From Nannocystis bainbridge (GTDB lineage: Bacteria; Myxococcota_A; Polyangia; Nannocystales; Nannocystaceae): DNA of 64,000 nucleotides. Location of the stretch: positions 512,001 to 576,000 of the forward strand of contig NZ_JAQNDL010000004.1 in NCBI RefSeq assembly GCF_028368995.1, in the 5' to 3' direction. Shown piece by piece: positions 22,514 to 32,375 of this stretch. The notes beneath the pieces were generated by a model. The model was given only the letters and a program-made list of their open reading frames with translations. It had not been told where the DNA came from and ran no database searches. Each line of letters starts with the position of its first letter. The stretch's first letter is position 1. A program made the translations under genes and the position numbers.

Positions 22514-24571
22514 TCACAACCACAGGGTGGCGCCGATCCGGGCGGTCAGCGGCGGGCCGGCGAGGAAGTGGAGGACGGGGATGGTGCTGCGCGGCTCGCT
22601 GCGGTCCCACCACGAGGCGTAGTGGTACTCGCCCTCTTTCCAGCCGGCGTTGGTGACGTTGTCGATCTGGAGGTCGAGCTGCAACGGGCCGACACGGTAG
22701 CCGAGGCTGAGGTCGAGCAGGGCGTAAGCCGAGGTGCGGGCGCCGTGCGGGAGGGCGCGGCTGCCGACGACGAGGAAGCGAGCGCCGGCGCGGAACCCCG
22801 AGGGGTGGACGACGGTGAGGCCCGTGGCCGACATGAACGGCGGGGCGAGCGGGACCGGGGCGCCCGAGTCGACGAAGCGGGCCTGCACGAGGCTCAGGTC
22901 CTGGCGCAGCTGTAGCCACCGCCGCGGCCACACGGCGAGGTCGAAGTCGATGCCGAGCCGACGGGTGCGGTTGAGCTCGATGTTGACGGCGGACACGTGA
23001 TCGAAGACGAGCTCGCGCGCGATCCAGGTGCCGAACAGCGACAGGCCGGCGCTGACGAGTTCGCGGTGCTGGAAGCGGGCGCCGACCTCGACGCTGTCGG
23101 AGGCGATGATGCGCGCCGGGCCGCCGCGGTAGCGATCGAGCGCGGTGTCCTCGGGCACGGCGGCGCCGCCGAGCACGGCGCGGGCCTCGGGGGCCCGCAG
23201 GCCGCGGCCGTAGGCGAGGAAGAGGTGGGCGAACGGGGCCAGGCGGACGCTGGCGTTGATGCGCGGCGAGGGCAGGGCGAGGACCTTGCGGGCGCGACGC
23301 TCTGGGTCGATAAGGTCGCGGACGTTGTAGGCGACGAGGTCGAGGCGGGCGCCGGCCTCGAGGACGAAGCGATCGACGGGCCGCCAGCGCAGGCCGGCGC
23401 GCGCGTGGGCCTGGTGCTGGCCGGCGCCGAGGTCCCAGTTGCGGGTGACGACCTCGTGGTGGGCGTCGACGCGCACGTCGTGCTGGCGGAGGAGGTCGCC
23501 CTGCCAGGCGCCGCCGGCCAGCAGCTCGACGGTGCGGTGGAGCGGGCGCCGGTACTCGAGCTGATAGCCGAGGCTGGCGAAGCGGTGCCGCTGGTTGCGA
23601 CGATCGCCGGCGAGCGGATCGAGGAGGTAGCCGGTGAAGTCCTCGACGAGGTCGAGGGCGCGCAGCTGGCCGTGGAGGCGGTGCTCGAGCTTGCCGACGC
23701 CGAGGTCGAGCTGGTGACGCAGGGCGGTGAAGAGGCGGTCGGAGCGGCCGCCGCCGTCGTCGCGGTAGACGCCGGCGAATCCGACGCGACCGCTGGCGAC
23801 GTCGTCGGCGCGCACGGCCCCGGGGGCGTCGAAGCGGGCGACGTAGACGCCGGCGGTGAGGTCGAGGGCGCCGTGGGTCTTGCTGTCGAGCAGGCGGATC
23901 TGGCCGAGGAAGGTGGCGCGCCGGGCGGCCCTGGCGGCGGCGAAGCCCTTGTCGGTCATGGCCTCGACCGCGAAGAATGTCTCTTTGGACATGTTCTTCG
24001 GGGCATGTACGAACACGCCGCGGTGCCGCAGGGTGCTGCCGAACTCGTAGCCGACCCGGCTGCCGCGCGCTTCAGGCTCGACGCCGAGGTCGAAGCGGAT
24101 GGTGCCGGCGTTGGCGAAGTTGCCCTGGTCGAGCAGGAACGGGCCCTTGTTGGCGGTGACGCGGCGGACGACCTCGGGGATGACGAAGCCGAGGTCGACG
24201 TAGCCCTGGCCGTGGATGTTGGAGAGCTCGTTGACGGTGACGCCGGCGACCTTGACCTCGATGTCGGCGCCGTGGGCCGCGTCGAAGCCGCGCATGAACA
24301 TCTGCTGGCCCTTGCCCTCGGCGCCGTGCTGGATCAGGAGGACGCCGGGCACGAGCCGCAGGAGGTCGTCGGCGCTGCGCCGACGCGGACTGGCGGCGAT
24401 CTCGGCGGGACCGACGACCCGCTGCGACGCCGTTCGCGGGCTGCGGTCGCTGACGACGACGGTGGCGTATCGCCTGTCCTTGGGGACATCATGCGCCGCG
24501 GCGGCCGCAGGGGCGGCCAGGACGGCGAGGAGCGCAAAGGCGCGCAACAGGGGCTCGCTCGGTCGGCGCAC
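22514..24571 (-). CDS. TonB-dependent outer membrane receptor
   Basis: Signal peptide; plug LLRLVPG...QHGAEGKGQQMFMRGFDAAHGADI...HGQGYVDLGFVIPE; KGPF; C-terminal amphipathic beta-strands (DNVTN, GATLWL). Confidence 0.9.
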   Translation of the reverse strand: MRRPSEPLLRAFALLAVLAAPAAAAAHDVPKDRRYATVVVSDRSPRTASQRVVGPAEIAASPRRRSADDLLRLVPGVLLIQHGAEGKGQQMFMRGFDAAHGADIEVKVAGVTVNELSNIHGQGYVDLGFVIPEVVRRVTANKGPFLLDQGNFANAGTIRFDLGVEPEARGSRVGYEFGSTLRHRGVFVHAPKNMSKETFFAVEAMTDKGFAAARAARRATFLGQIRLLDSKTHGALDLTAGVYVARFDAPGAVRADDVASGRVGFAGVYRDDGGGRSDRLFTALRHQLDLGVGKLEHRLHGQLRALDLVEDFTGYLLDPLAGDRRNQRHRFASLGYQLEYRRPLHRTVELLAGGAWQGDLLRQHDVRVDAHHEVVTRNWDLGAGQHQAHARAGLRWRPVDRFVLEAGARLDLVAYNVRDLIDPERRARKVLALPSPRINASVRLAPFAHLFLAYGRGLRAPEARAVLGGAAVPEDTALDRYRGGPARIIASDSVEVGARFQHRELVSAGLSLFGTWIARELVFDHVSAVNIELNRTRRLGIDFDLAVWPRRWLQLRQDLSLVQARFVDSGAPVPLAPPFMSATGLTVVHPSGFRAGARFLVVGSRALPHGARTSAYALLDLSLGYRVGPLQLDLQIDNVTNAGWKEGEYHYASWWDRSEPRSTIPVLHFLAGPPLTARIGATLWL

Positions 24572-24808
24572 GCGTCGGGCCAGGATACGCGAGGGGACGG
24601 GCGGCGGATCGGGCGAACGGGACGCGCGGCCGGAGGCTCGCAGGCGCGCGGGCGCTTGGGTCCGTCATTCGGAACTCGAGCGCGGTGCGTGGGCACGGTG
24701 CGGCGGACCGGGCGGCACGCTCGCGCACGCGAGCCATGGGAGGATGCGCGGTGAAGCGGGTGCACGAGCGCGGTCGCAGACGTGCCACGAGGAGCGGGCG
24801 AACAACGA

Positions 24809-24835
24809 GAGCACCCTCGCGGGGCGAGGGTGCTC
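24809..24835 (-). terminator. Probable intrinsic terminator
   Basis: Perfect 12-bp stem gagcaccctcgc/gcgagggtgctc followed on the minus strand by TCGTTGTT, just downstream of the 24864 stop. Confidence 0.6.
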
Positions 24836-24863
24836 GTGCGTGGACGCGGGGGCGCGCGCGGGC

Positions 24864-26936
24864 TCAGGCGAGCGGGTGCTCGAAGGCCGGCGGCTTGCCG
24901 CGGCTCATGGCGGTGACGCCGACCTTCGCGGCCGACTGGCACAGGCTGTCGGCCGCGCGCTGCTCCTCGAGGGCGCCGGCGGCGGCGACGTCGAGGGCGT
25001 TGGCGTCCGCGATCGTGCGGGCGAGGAGGTCGCGCAGCTGGGCGTCGAGCACGACCCCCTGCTCGTTGCGCGGATCGACGTCGCGGTCGACCTCGATCTC
25101 GGCGGGGCCGGTGCGGAACGGCGGGAGCGGAGCTGTCCCTCGGGCCAGGGCGAGGGCGAGCTCGCCGCTGGCGCGCGGCAGGTCGCGCACCGGGACGACG
25201 GCGCTGACGAGGCCGAGCTCCTGCGCGCGCGCGGCCGAGATGCTCTTGCCGGTCAGCAGCAGCTCGTTGAGGGCGGCGTAGTGCTCGGGGGCGCTGCTGC
25301 GGTGGAGCAGGTGGCAGCCGCCGAGGCCGGGGATGACGCCGACGGTCGGCTCGGGCTGGGCGATGACGGCGCCCTCGCCGGCGATGCGGGCGTGGCAGGA
25401 GCTGGCGAGCTCCATGCCGCCGCCGAGCGCGCGACCGACGATCGCGGCGACGGTCGGCTTGCCGGCGCGCAGCTTGGCGAGGGCGTGCTTCCAGCCCTGG
25501 ATCAGCGCGAGCGCGCCGTCCCGCTTGCCGAGCACGGGCACGAAGGCGCCGATGTCGGCGCCGTGGCCGAAATCGCGGTTGAAGAGGCCGTCAGGGGCGA
25601 CGACGATCGCCTCGACGGCCGGGTCGGCCTGGAGGGCGTCGACGGCCCGCCCGAGCTCGGCCAGCAAGGTGTGGCCGAGGGTCGAGCGCTTGAGCGAGAT
25701 CAGGCCGACGCCGCCGCTGACGCTGCGGCCGACGTAGATGCTGTCCCATCCGACATGTTCTCCGGGACCTGTCCGCGAGAACACGTCGAGCGGGGCGACC
25801 TCGTCGGCGCGGGTGATCTGCTGGTCGACGAGGAAGGCGCGGGTGAGCGCGGCGGCCTGCTCGAGGCCGAGCGCGGCGATCAGCGCGGGCGGGCCGTCGC
25901 GGAAGGCGAGGGCCTTCTCGGCCAGGTAGTTGAGGGCGTCGGCGCCGACGATCTTGTGGGCGAGCATGCGCGCGGTGAGGGCGAACAACATGCCGAACAT
26001 GCGCGCGCGGACGGTGGCGACGCCCTCGGGCGGGCACTTCTGGCCGCGCTCGTAGGGCCACTGCTTGCCGGGGTCGGCGATGTACGGCTTCCAGGCGTCG
26101 GGGATGGCGTAGAGGCTGCTGTCGACCTCCTCGCGCATGAGCTCCATGCAGTGGGCCGACAGGCTGTTGGCGCCGCGGATCAGGTTGTGGACGAAGAACG
26201 GCGAGGTGCCGAGCAGCTGCTTGCAGGCGTCGTCGATCTGCGCCGGGCTGAGGCCGGTGCTCTCGTGGATCCGCACGGCCTCGAGCATCATCCCGCAGAA
26301 CAGGCGGTCGGCGGCGAAGCTCGGCACGTCACCGACCGAGATCAGCGTCATGCCGGCGCGACCGAGGAAGGCCTTGATCTGCTTGAGCGTGGCGGCGCCG
26401 GTGACGGCGCCCTGCTCGGGCAGCTCCCACAACTTGTTGGTGAGGTGGGGGAAGAACGGGTGGAGGACGCCGCAGCGATCGGCGCCCGGCAGGCCGTCGA
26501 ACAGGTGACGGGTGGTGAAGCCGCTGGTGGCGGAGAAGATGAGGGCCTCGGGATCGCGGGCCCGGATGGCGGCGTAGAGCGGCTTCTTGATGGCGAGGCT
26601 CTCGGGCACGGCCTCGAACACGAGGCCGATCTTGAGCTCGGCGGGGATGTCGGCGATGCCGCCGCGGATCGGGATGATGGCCCGGGTGATGGCCTCGATC
26701 TCGGCCGGGGAGACGCGCGGGGCGAACTGCTCGGCGAGCTTGGCGGCGACCTGGTCGACGGCGGGCGAGAGGTCGAGGGCGATCACGGGCACGCCGTGGC
26801 GGGCGAGGATGCGCGCGAGCTGGCCCAGCTTGCCGAAACCGACGTTGCCGCAGCAGCCGGCGACGAGCAGGGCCCGCGGCGGACCCCCGTCGGGCTGAAA
26901 GATGGCTGCTACCGAGGGATCGCGCGCGTTTTCCAT
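24864..26936 (-). CDS. 3-hydroxyacyl-CoA dehydrogenase-like / enoyl-CoA hydratase fusion (HAD N-terminal, ECH C-terminal)
   Basis: VFEAVPESLAIKK, SATSGF, HPFFP, DVPSFAADRL (HAD-like); FGHGADI, ALGGGMELA, QPE...GVIPGLGG (crotonase). Confidence 0.85.
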   Translation of the reverse strand: MENARDPSVAAIFQPDGGPPRALLVAGCCGNVGFGKLGQLARILARHGVPVIALDLSPAVDQVAAKLAEQFAPRVSPAEIEAITRAIIPIRGGIADIPAELKIGLVFEAVPESLAIKKPLYAAIRARDPEALIFSATSGFTTRHLFDGLPGADRCGVLHPFFPHLTNKLWELPEQGAVTGAATLKQIKAFLGRAGMTLISVGDVPSFAADRLFCGMMLEAVRIHESTGLSPAQIDDACKQLLGTSPFFVHNLIRGANSLSAHCMELMREEVDSSLYAIPDAWKPYIADPGKQWPYERGQKCPPEGVATVRARMFGMLFALTARMLAHKIVGADALNYLAEKALAFRDGPPALIAALGLEQAAALTRAFLVDQQITRADEVAPLDVFSRTGPGEHVGWDSIYVGRSVSGGVGLISLKRSTLGHTLLAELGRAVDALQADPAVEAIVVAPDGLFNRDFGHGADIGAFVPVLGKRDGALALIQGWKHALAKLRAGKPTVAAIVGRALGGGMELASSCHARIAGEGAVIAQPEPTVGVIPGLGGCHLLHRSSAPEHYAALNELLLTGKSISAARAQELGLVSAVVPVRDLPRASGELALALARGTAPLPPFRTGPAEIEVDRDVDPRNEQGVVLDAQLRDLLARTIADANALDVAAAGALEEQRAADSLCQSAAKVGVTAMSRGKPPAFEHPLA

Positions 26937-27218
26937 GGCCCGGGAGCATAAAAGGCGCCCGCGGCGAGCCGCTCCCGGCCTAGGTTGAGCTTCCCCACGC
27001 CCTGGTCGGATTGTGTATTCGCCGTCATGTGCCATCTGCCGCCCGCTCCCGCGGCGAACGGCGAGAAGGGCCATGATCCTTCTATATAGCGGGTGTTCGC
27101 CCGCTTGCGCAACAGGCGCCGCTCTTTTCTCTCGATCGTTGCCGGATTGGCGGTGATCGGACTACAGTGCCGTTCACGACTCGATCGACCCTCGATCAAG
27201 GCACGTAGGAGACTCGTC

Positions 27219-27482
27219 ATGAAGCACACCAAGATCGCTCTTGCGGCCCTCGCCGCGATGTCCCTGTCCCTCCCGGCTTGCGGCGGGGACGCCAAGAAGG
27301 AAGAGAAGAAGGAAGAGAAGAAGGTCGAGACCAAGGTCGAGACCACCAAGACGGTCGAGACCCCGAAGCCGGTCGAGGCCAAGCCCGAGGTGAAGCCCGA
27401 GGACGCCAAGCCCGTGGATCCGGCCGCTCCGGCCCCCGGTGGCGCCGCGGTCCCGCCGCCCGCCCCCGAAGCCGGCAAGTAA
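27219..27482 (+). CDS. Small Lys/Glu/Pro-rich lipoprotein
   Basis: AGGAGA RBS; MKHTKIALAALAAMSLSLPAC lipobox; low-complexity tail. Confidence 0.8.
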   Translation: MKHTKIALAALAAMSLSLPACGGDAKKEEKKEEKKVETKVETTKTVETPKPVEAKPEVKPEDAKPVDPAAPAPGGAAVPPPAPEAGK

Positions 27483-27506
27483 TCGGCTCCTCTTCTCAGC
27501 CACCAA

Positions 27507-27552
27507 GCAAGACACGGCGAGGCGCCAGGATGGCACCTCGCCTTGTTTTTTG
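27507..27552 (+). terminator. Intrinsic terminator-like hairpin
   Basis: aagacacggcgaggcgcc...ggcacctcgccttgtttttt: stem followed by a T-tract. Confidence 0.65.
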
Positions 27553-27622
27553 GGTCGAGGTCGATGCGCGCCGCGTCACCGCGTGCACAGCGAAGAGCGG
27601 TCGGGTTTTGCTAGGGTGAGCC

Positions 27623-28369
27623 ATGCGCCACGACGGCCGCGCCCTCGATCAACTCCGTCCCTTCTCCCTCGAGCCCGGCTTCATCGGCTCGGCCCTCGGC
27701 TCCGTGCTGGTGGCCACCGGCCGCACCCGGGTGATCTGCACCGCGAGCCGCGAGGCCAAGCCGCCGGGCTGGCTGACCCATGGCGGCTGGGTGACCGCCG
27801 AGTACGCGATGCTGCCCGGCGCGGTCCGGCCGCGCGCACGCCGGGAGCCCGACGGCCGCGCGAAGGAGATCCAGCGGCTCATCGGCCGCTCGCTGCGAGC
27901 GGCGATCGATCTCGAGAAGCTGGTCGGTCCGCAGGGCCCGGTGGCGCTGACGGTCGATTGCGACGTGATCGAGGCCGACGGCGGGACGCGCACGGCGGCG
28001 ATCACCGGCGGGATGGTGGCGCTGGCGCTGGCGCTGCAGACGCTGCAACGCGACGGGGTGTTGACGGCCGATCCGGTGCGGGCGCTGGTGGCGGCGGTCT
28101 CGGTCGGCGTGTGCCCGCTGGACGGCGCCGAGGTGCCGATGCTCGACCTGGCTTACACGGAAGACAGCCAGGCGATCGTCGACTGCAACGTGGTGATGCT
28201 GGAGCGCGGCGGGCTGGTCGAGATCCAGGGCACCGGCGAGCGCGGCGGGTTCGACCGGTCGACGCTGTCGCGCATGCTCGACCTGGCCGAGTCCGGCGCG
28301 GCGTCGCTGTTCGCGGGCCAGCGGGCGGCGCTGGAAGGTGGCGGAGCAGGCAGGATCGTGAGTTCGTAG
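27623..28369 (+). CDS. rph: Ribonuclease PH
   Basis: MRHDGR..DQLRP, GWVTAEYAMLP, EIQRLIGRSLRA, DCDVIEADGGTRTAAITG, EIQGTGE. Confidence 0.97.
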   Translation: MRHDGRALDQLRPFSLEPGFIGSALGSVLVATGRTRVICTASREAKPPGWLTHGGWVTAEYAMLPGAVRPRARREPDGRAKEIQRLIGRSLRAAIDLEKLVGPQGPVALTVDCDVIEADGGTRTAAITGGMVALALALQTLQRDGVLTADPVRALVAAVSVGVCPLDGAEVPMLDLAYTEDSQAIVDCNVVMLERGGLVEIQGTGERGGFDRSTLSRMLDLAESGAASLFAGQRAALEGGGAGRIVSS

Positions 28370-28393
28370 ATGATCGCGCAGGAAGGTTCGGAC

Positions 28394-29032
28394 ATGTCCC
28401 GAAGGCTGGTGCTGGCGACCGGCAACCCGCACAAGGTGGCGGAGCTGGCGGCGATGGTGCGCGCGGCCGGGCTGCCGCTGACGGTCTGCTCGGCGCGCTC
28501 GCTCGGGCCGGCGCCGGAGATCGCGGAGGACCAGGGCAGCTTCGAGGCGCACGCGCGGCTCAAGGCGGAGGGGATCGCGGAGTGGCTGCGAGGTCGCGGC
28601 GAGCCGGGCTCGACGCTGGTGCTGGCCGACGATTCGGGGATCTGCGTGGCGGCGCTGGACGGGGCGCCAGGCGTCGATTCGGCGATCTTCGCGGGGCCGC
28701 AGGCAGACGACGCGGCCAACAACGCCCGGCTGGTGGCGGAGCTGGGCGCACGCGGGCTGGAGCGGTCGCCGGCACATTACCTGTGCGTGCTGGCGCTGAC
28801 GCGGGTCGACGCGGGCGCGGACGCGGTGCGGCTGTTCACGGGCCGCTGGGACGGCGAGGTCCGGACGACGCCGCGCGGGTCAGGCGGGTTCGGCTACGAC
28901 CCGTACTTCTGGCCCGACGGCAGCGCCCGCTCGTCGGCCGAGCTGCCGGCGGCCGAGAAGAACGCGCAGTCGCACCGCGGGCGGGCGACGGCGCTGCTGC
29001 TGGCAGCGCTGCCGGCGGTGCTGGAGGCGTAG
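28394..29032 (+). CDS. rdgB: Non-canonical purine NTP pyrophosphatase (RdgB/HAM1)
   Basis: LATGNPHK, LADDSG, APGVDSA, GGFGYDPYF, KNAQSHRG; follows rph (alternative start 28370). Confidence 0.95.
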   Translation: MSRRLVLATGNPHKVAELAAMVRAAGLPLTVCSARSLGPAPEIAEDQGSFEAHARLKAEGIAEWLRGRGEPGSTLVLADDSGICVAALDGAPGVDSAIFAGPQADDAANNARLVAELGARGLERSPAHYLCVLALTRVDAGADAVRLFTGRWDGEVRTTPRGSGGFGYDPYFWPDGSARSSAELPAAEKNAQSHRGRATALLLAALPAVLEA

Positions 29033-29237
29033 AGGGCGAGGGCGGCGATCGCCGGATGCGCGGCAGATGGCATCGCTGCGGCGGCGGAGGTGAGGACGTG
29101 GTGGCGCTGCGATGGCGCGGAGGTCGCGGAGAATCGGCGAGGACGCGGCGCGAGGCCGTCTCGCGCGCGCGAGGCTGCGGGGCGCGTGCTTCGTGGCGCT
29201 GGATCGCAGCCCGGGGGTCGTGTATGGTCCGGCCGCT

Positions 29238-29314
29238 CGGGGCGTAGCGCAGTCTGGTAGCGCGCCTGCTTTGGGAGCAGGATGCCGGAGGTTCGAATCC
29301 TCTCGCCCCGACCA
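29238..29314 (+). tRNA. tRNA-Pro(TGG)
   Basis: Cloverleaf CGGGGCG...CGCCCCG ACCA; anticodon arm cctgc-tttggga-gcagg; GTTCGAATC T-loop. Confidence 0.97.
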
Positions 29315-29363
29315 TTTTTGTTTCACGGCCCTTCGGGGCCTGTTCCACGGCCCTTCAGGCCCG

Positions 29364-29437
29364 GCGCCCATAGCTCAGTTGGATAGAGCATCGGCCTTCT
29401 AAGCCGAGGGTCCCAGGTTCGATTCCTGGTGGGCGCG
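29364..29437 (+). tRNA. tRNA-Arg(TCT), CCA not encoded
   Basis: GCGCCCA...TGGGCGC G; anticodon arm tcggc-cttctaa-gccga; GTTCGATTC T-loop. Confidence 0.96.
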
Positions 29438-29456
29438 TCGCGTTCGCGCCCAGGCG

Positions 29457-30245
29457 TCACGCGTGGGCGCGAGCGGCCCGGTAGGCGTCGGCGAAGCGAC
29501 GCGCGCGCTCGGGATCGACGGGGCCGCCGGCGCGACCGTCGGCCCGCAGGGCGCTGCCGACGATGACGCCGTCGCACAGGCCGGCGAGGATCGGCAGGGC
29601 GGCCTCGGTGGCGCCGCTGGCGACGTAGAGCGGGACGCCGCCGGCGGCCGCCCGCACGCGCCGCAGGTGCTCGGGGTCGACGGCCTCGCCGGTGCCGCTG
29701 CCGGTGACGAGGACGGCGTCGGCGAGGCTGCGCTGGACGAGGTCGCGGGTCTCGTCGGCGAGGTCGCGCGCGGCCAGCGGGGCGGAGTGCTTGACCGCGA
29801 CGTCGCCCCAGATCCGCAGGTCGGGTCGGCCGAGCTCGCGGCGCAGGCGGACGACCTCGGCGGCCTGGCCCTCGACGAGGCCCTGATCGGTGACGCGGGC
29901 GCCCGAGAGCACGTTGATGCGCACGCACTCGGCGCCGACGACGACGGCGACGGCGACCGCGGCGAGGCCGTCGTTGCGCAGGACGTTGATGCCGAGCGCG
30001 AGGTCGGGGCAGGCGTCGCGCACGGCGAGGGCGCAGGCGGTGATGCCGGCGATCGTGACCGGAGGGACAGGTCCCTTGAAGAAGGGGATGTCGCCGAAGT
30101 TCTCGACGACGGCGAGGTCGAAGCCGGCGGCGGCGAGGGCCTGGGCGTCGCGGGCGACGGCGCGGGCGATCGCGGCGACGGGCTCGCGGCTGCGCGGGCT
30201 GCCGGGCAGCGGCGGGAGGTGCAGGACGCCGACGAGGCTGCGCAT
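29457..30245 (-). CDS. BtpA/SgcQ family TIM-barrel protein
   Basis: VGVLHLPPLPGSP, VVENFGDIPF, GINVLRND, TDQG.VEG, DVAVKHS, LVTGSGTG, DGVIVGS. Confidence 0.92.
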   Translation of the reverse strand: MRSLVGVLHLPPLPGSPRSREPVAAIARAVARDAQALAAAGFDLAVVENFGDIPFFKGPVPPVTIAGITACALAVRDACPDLALGINVLRNDGLAAVAVAVVVGAECVRINVLSGARVTDQGLVEGQAAEVVRLRRELGRPDLRIWGDVAVKHSAPLAARDLADETRDLVQRSLADAVLVTGSGTGEAVDPEHLRRVRAAAGGVPLYVASGATEAALPILAGLCDGVIVGSALRADGRAGGPVDPERARRFADAYRAARAHA

Positions 30246-30581
30246 GGCGGCGAAGGTAGCAGCGATGCCGCGCGCATGCAGCCGCGCGGCTTCGCGGAAC
30301 CGACGCGGGCGAGCTCTGCGAGGAACGTCGCGGATGATGAGATGCGAGATCCGTCGGGCGCCGGCTCGCGGGAGTCGATGCCGGGCGTGGGTGTGCGCAG
30401 CGGGCTGCGCCGCGACGATGGAGACAGAGGTCGCCCCGCGGCGCGCCGTGGGCGAAGGGACCGATCTGCGGCCTCGCGTGCGCGCGTGGCCGCGATCGCC
30501 GTTGCCGGGGTCCGGCGGTGATCGCCCGCACTTCAGGCGCACACGCGGCGACGCTAGCGTCGGACGCAGGAGGTGTTCGGC

Positions 30582-31661
30582 ATGCGGGGGACGTGGACGA
30601 TCGCGGCGGTGTTGGTGCTCGGAGGTTGTGGCGACAGCGGGCCGGGGACCGGCACGGGAGGGATCAGCGAGGGCACGACGACGGCGGCGTCGACCGATCC
30701 GATGACGACGACGACGGGGCCGACGACCTCGGAGCCGGAGCCGACGACATCGACGACGACCACCACCACGATGACGCCGACGACGACCTCGCCGACCACC
30801 GGCGAGCCGGCGGAGTGTCAGACGGCCGCCGATTGTCAGGCGCCGACCTGCCAGGCGCCGACCTGCGAGGCGGGGGCGTGCGGGACGATGAACATGGCCG
30901 AAGGGACAGCCGTGGACGACCTGCCCGGCGACTGTCGGGCCACGGTGTGCGACGGGGCCGGCGGGACCAAGGAGATCCCGATCGACGATCCGCCGTCGCA
31001 GGCCGCGGGCGACTGCAAGCTGGTGGGATGTCTTCAGGGACAGGTGGAGTACACGCCGGCCGACGACGATCTGCCCAGCGACGGCAACGACTGCACGATC
31101 GACACCTGCATGACCGGCGAGGCGGTGTTCACGGCCAAGCCGATGCACAGCCCGTGCGGGCCGATGGGGTCGCAGTTCTGCCACGCCGACGCGAGCTGCC
31201 AGGCGTGCAAGGAGGTCACCGACGCGTGCGAGGACTACGGGTCGGAGCCGCACGAGACGCAGGCGACCGCCCACAGCCTCGGCGAGATCACCGACGCCGA
31301 CGCCAACGGGTCGTTCGCGTGCGGCACGGTCCAGGGCGCCGGCGACGTCGACTGGTTCACGTTCTCCGGCGTCGACGCGTTCCTCAACATGGTCGACCCG
31401 TCGCGCACGCTGGTGGCCGAGAACGACGCGGGGCGGCTGTGCGTGTACATGCAGTGCGAGAAGGGCACGACGACGGTGACGTGCGGGGCCAACGACACGC
31501 CCGACACCGCGCCGCTGGGCCAGAAGGGCTGCTGCGGGCAAGGCACGGTGTCGCCAGGGCTGAACTGCACGGGCCTCGACGACTCGGCCAAGGTGTGGAT
31601 CAAGGTCGACAACCCGGACATGCTGGCCTGCGTGCCGTACCGGCTCGACTATCACTTCTAG
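30582..31661 (+). CDS. Thr-rich, Cys-rich lipoprotein
   Basis: AGGAGG RBS; LVLGGC lipobox; Thr linker; GDC...C repeats, DGNDCTIDTC; GDVDWF (pre-peptidase C-like). Confidence 0.8.
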   Translation: MRGTWTIAAVLVLGGCGDSGPGTGTGGISEGTTTAASTDPMTTTTGPTTSEPEPTTSTTTTTTMTPTTTSPTTGEPAECQTAADCQAPTCQAPTCEAGACGTMNMAEGTAVDDLPGDCRATVCDGAGGTKEIPIDDPPSQAAGDCKLVGCLQGQVEYTPADDDLPSDGNDCTIDTCMTGEAVFTAKPMHSPCGPMGSQFCHADASCQACKEVTDACEDYGSEPHETQATAHSLGEITDADANGSFACGTVQGAGDVDWFTFSGVDAFLNMVDPSRTLVAENDAGRLCVYMQCEKGTTTVTCGANDTPDTAPLGQKGCCGQGTVSPGLNCTGLDDSAKVWIKVDNPDMLACVPYRLDYHF

Positions 31662-31735
31662 GCGCGGGGCTGCGGAGCGGCAGCGGCGGGACGGGCTGCA
31701 TCGCGGGGCGGGGACGCAGTGGCGCTCCTGCTGGT

Positions 31736-31854
31736 GATGTCTCGAGGGGCGAGTGTGCTTCGATGTGTCCCAAGGGACATGTTGATCTCTCGTGCCTCGA
31801 TATGTCCCGAAGGACAGACGATCGCGCTTGCATCGAAGTGTCTCGAAGGACAGG
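31736..31854. repeat. Degenerate cluster of 14-bp units
   Basis: tgtcccaagggaca, tgtcccgaaggaca and tgtctcgaaggaca downstream of the 31661 stop. Confidence 0.75.
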
Positions 31855-32375
31855 TGGTCGAGGGCGCGATGCGAGGGGCAGGCTCGGCGAGGGGGGCCGA
31901 CGTCACCGCGCGCTCGCGTGGCTCCGCGCGTCGTTCGGCAGCGGCGACGTCGGCGCCCGTCCGCCAGCGCGGCGATGATCTCGCGGGGGCATGGCTGCGA
32001 GGCGCTGCGTCAGCACCTGCAGTCGTCGCCAGCTCCGCGCAGTTGCGAACGTAACGGGCGCGCGTGAAGGCGTTTCATGCTCCAGGTTCTCGCCGCGCAG
32101 ATCGGGGCCGACCGGGTTCGTGGCATCAGCAAGAATCTCCGAGCGACGCGGCCTGGCCAGCAGACACGCGGCGGCGAGGTCGCCGGCGAGCGGTCCTCTG
32201 TACGAGCTTGCCGCGCCGTGCAGGCTCTCGATCGCGGGCCGTCCGCGGCGCGCCGACTGTTCAGATGGGCTGTAAGCAAAGGTCCCGGGCGCGCGCGGGC
32301 GGAACTGCAAAGGCCTTGCGACACCGTCGGCAACGACGTTCGGCTGTACGCTGGCGCGAGGTAGCAGGACGACGA

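Noticed and set aside
24572-24808. Cobalamin riboswitch upstream of the TonB receptor
   Set aside because: I could not find the conserved B12-box or GGGAA core on the minus strand.
29238-29460. tRNA-anchored integrative element
   Set aside because: No integrase, no duplicated tRNA 3' end, and btpA abuts tRNA-Arg directly.
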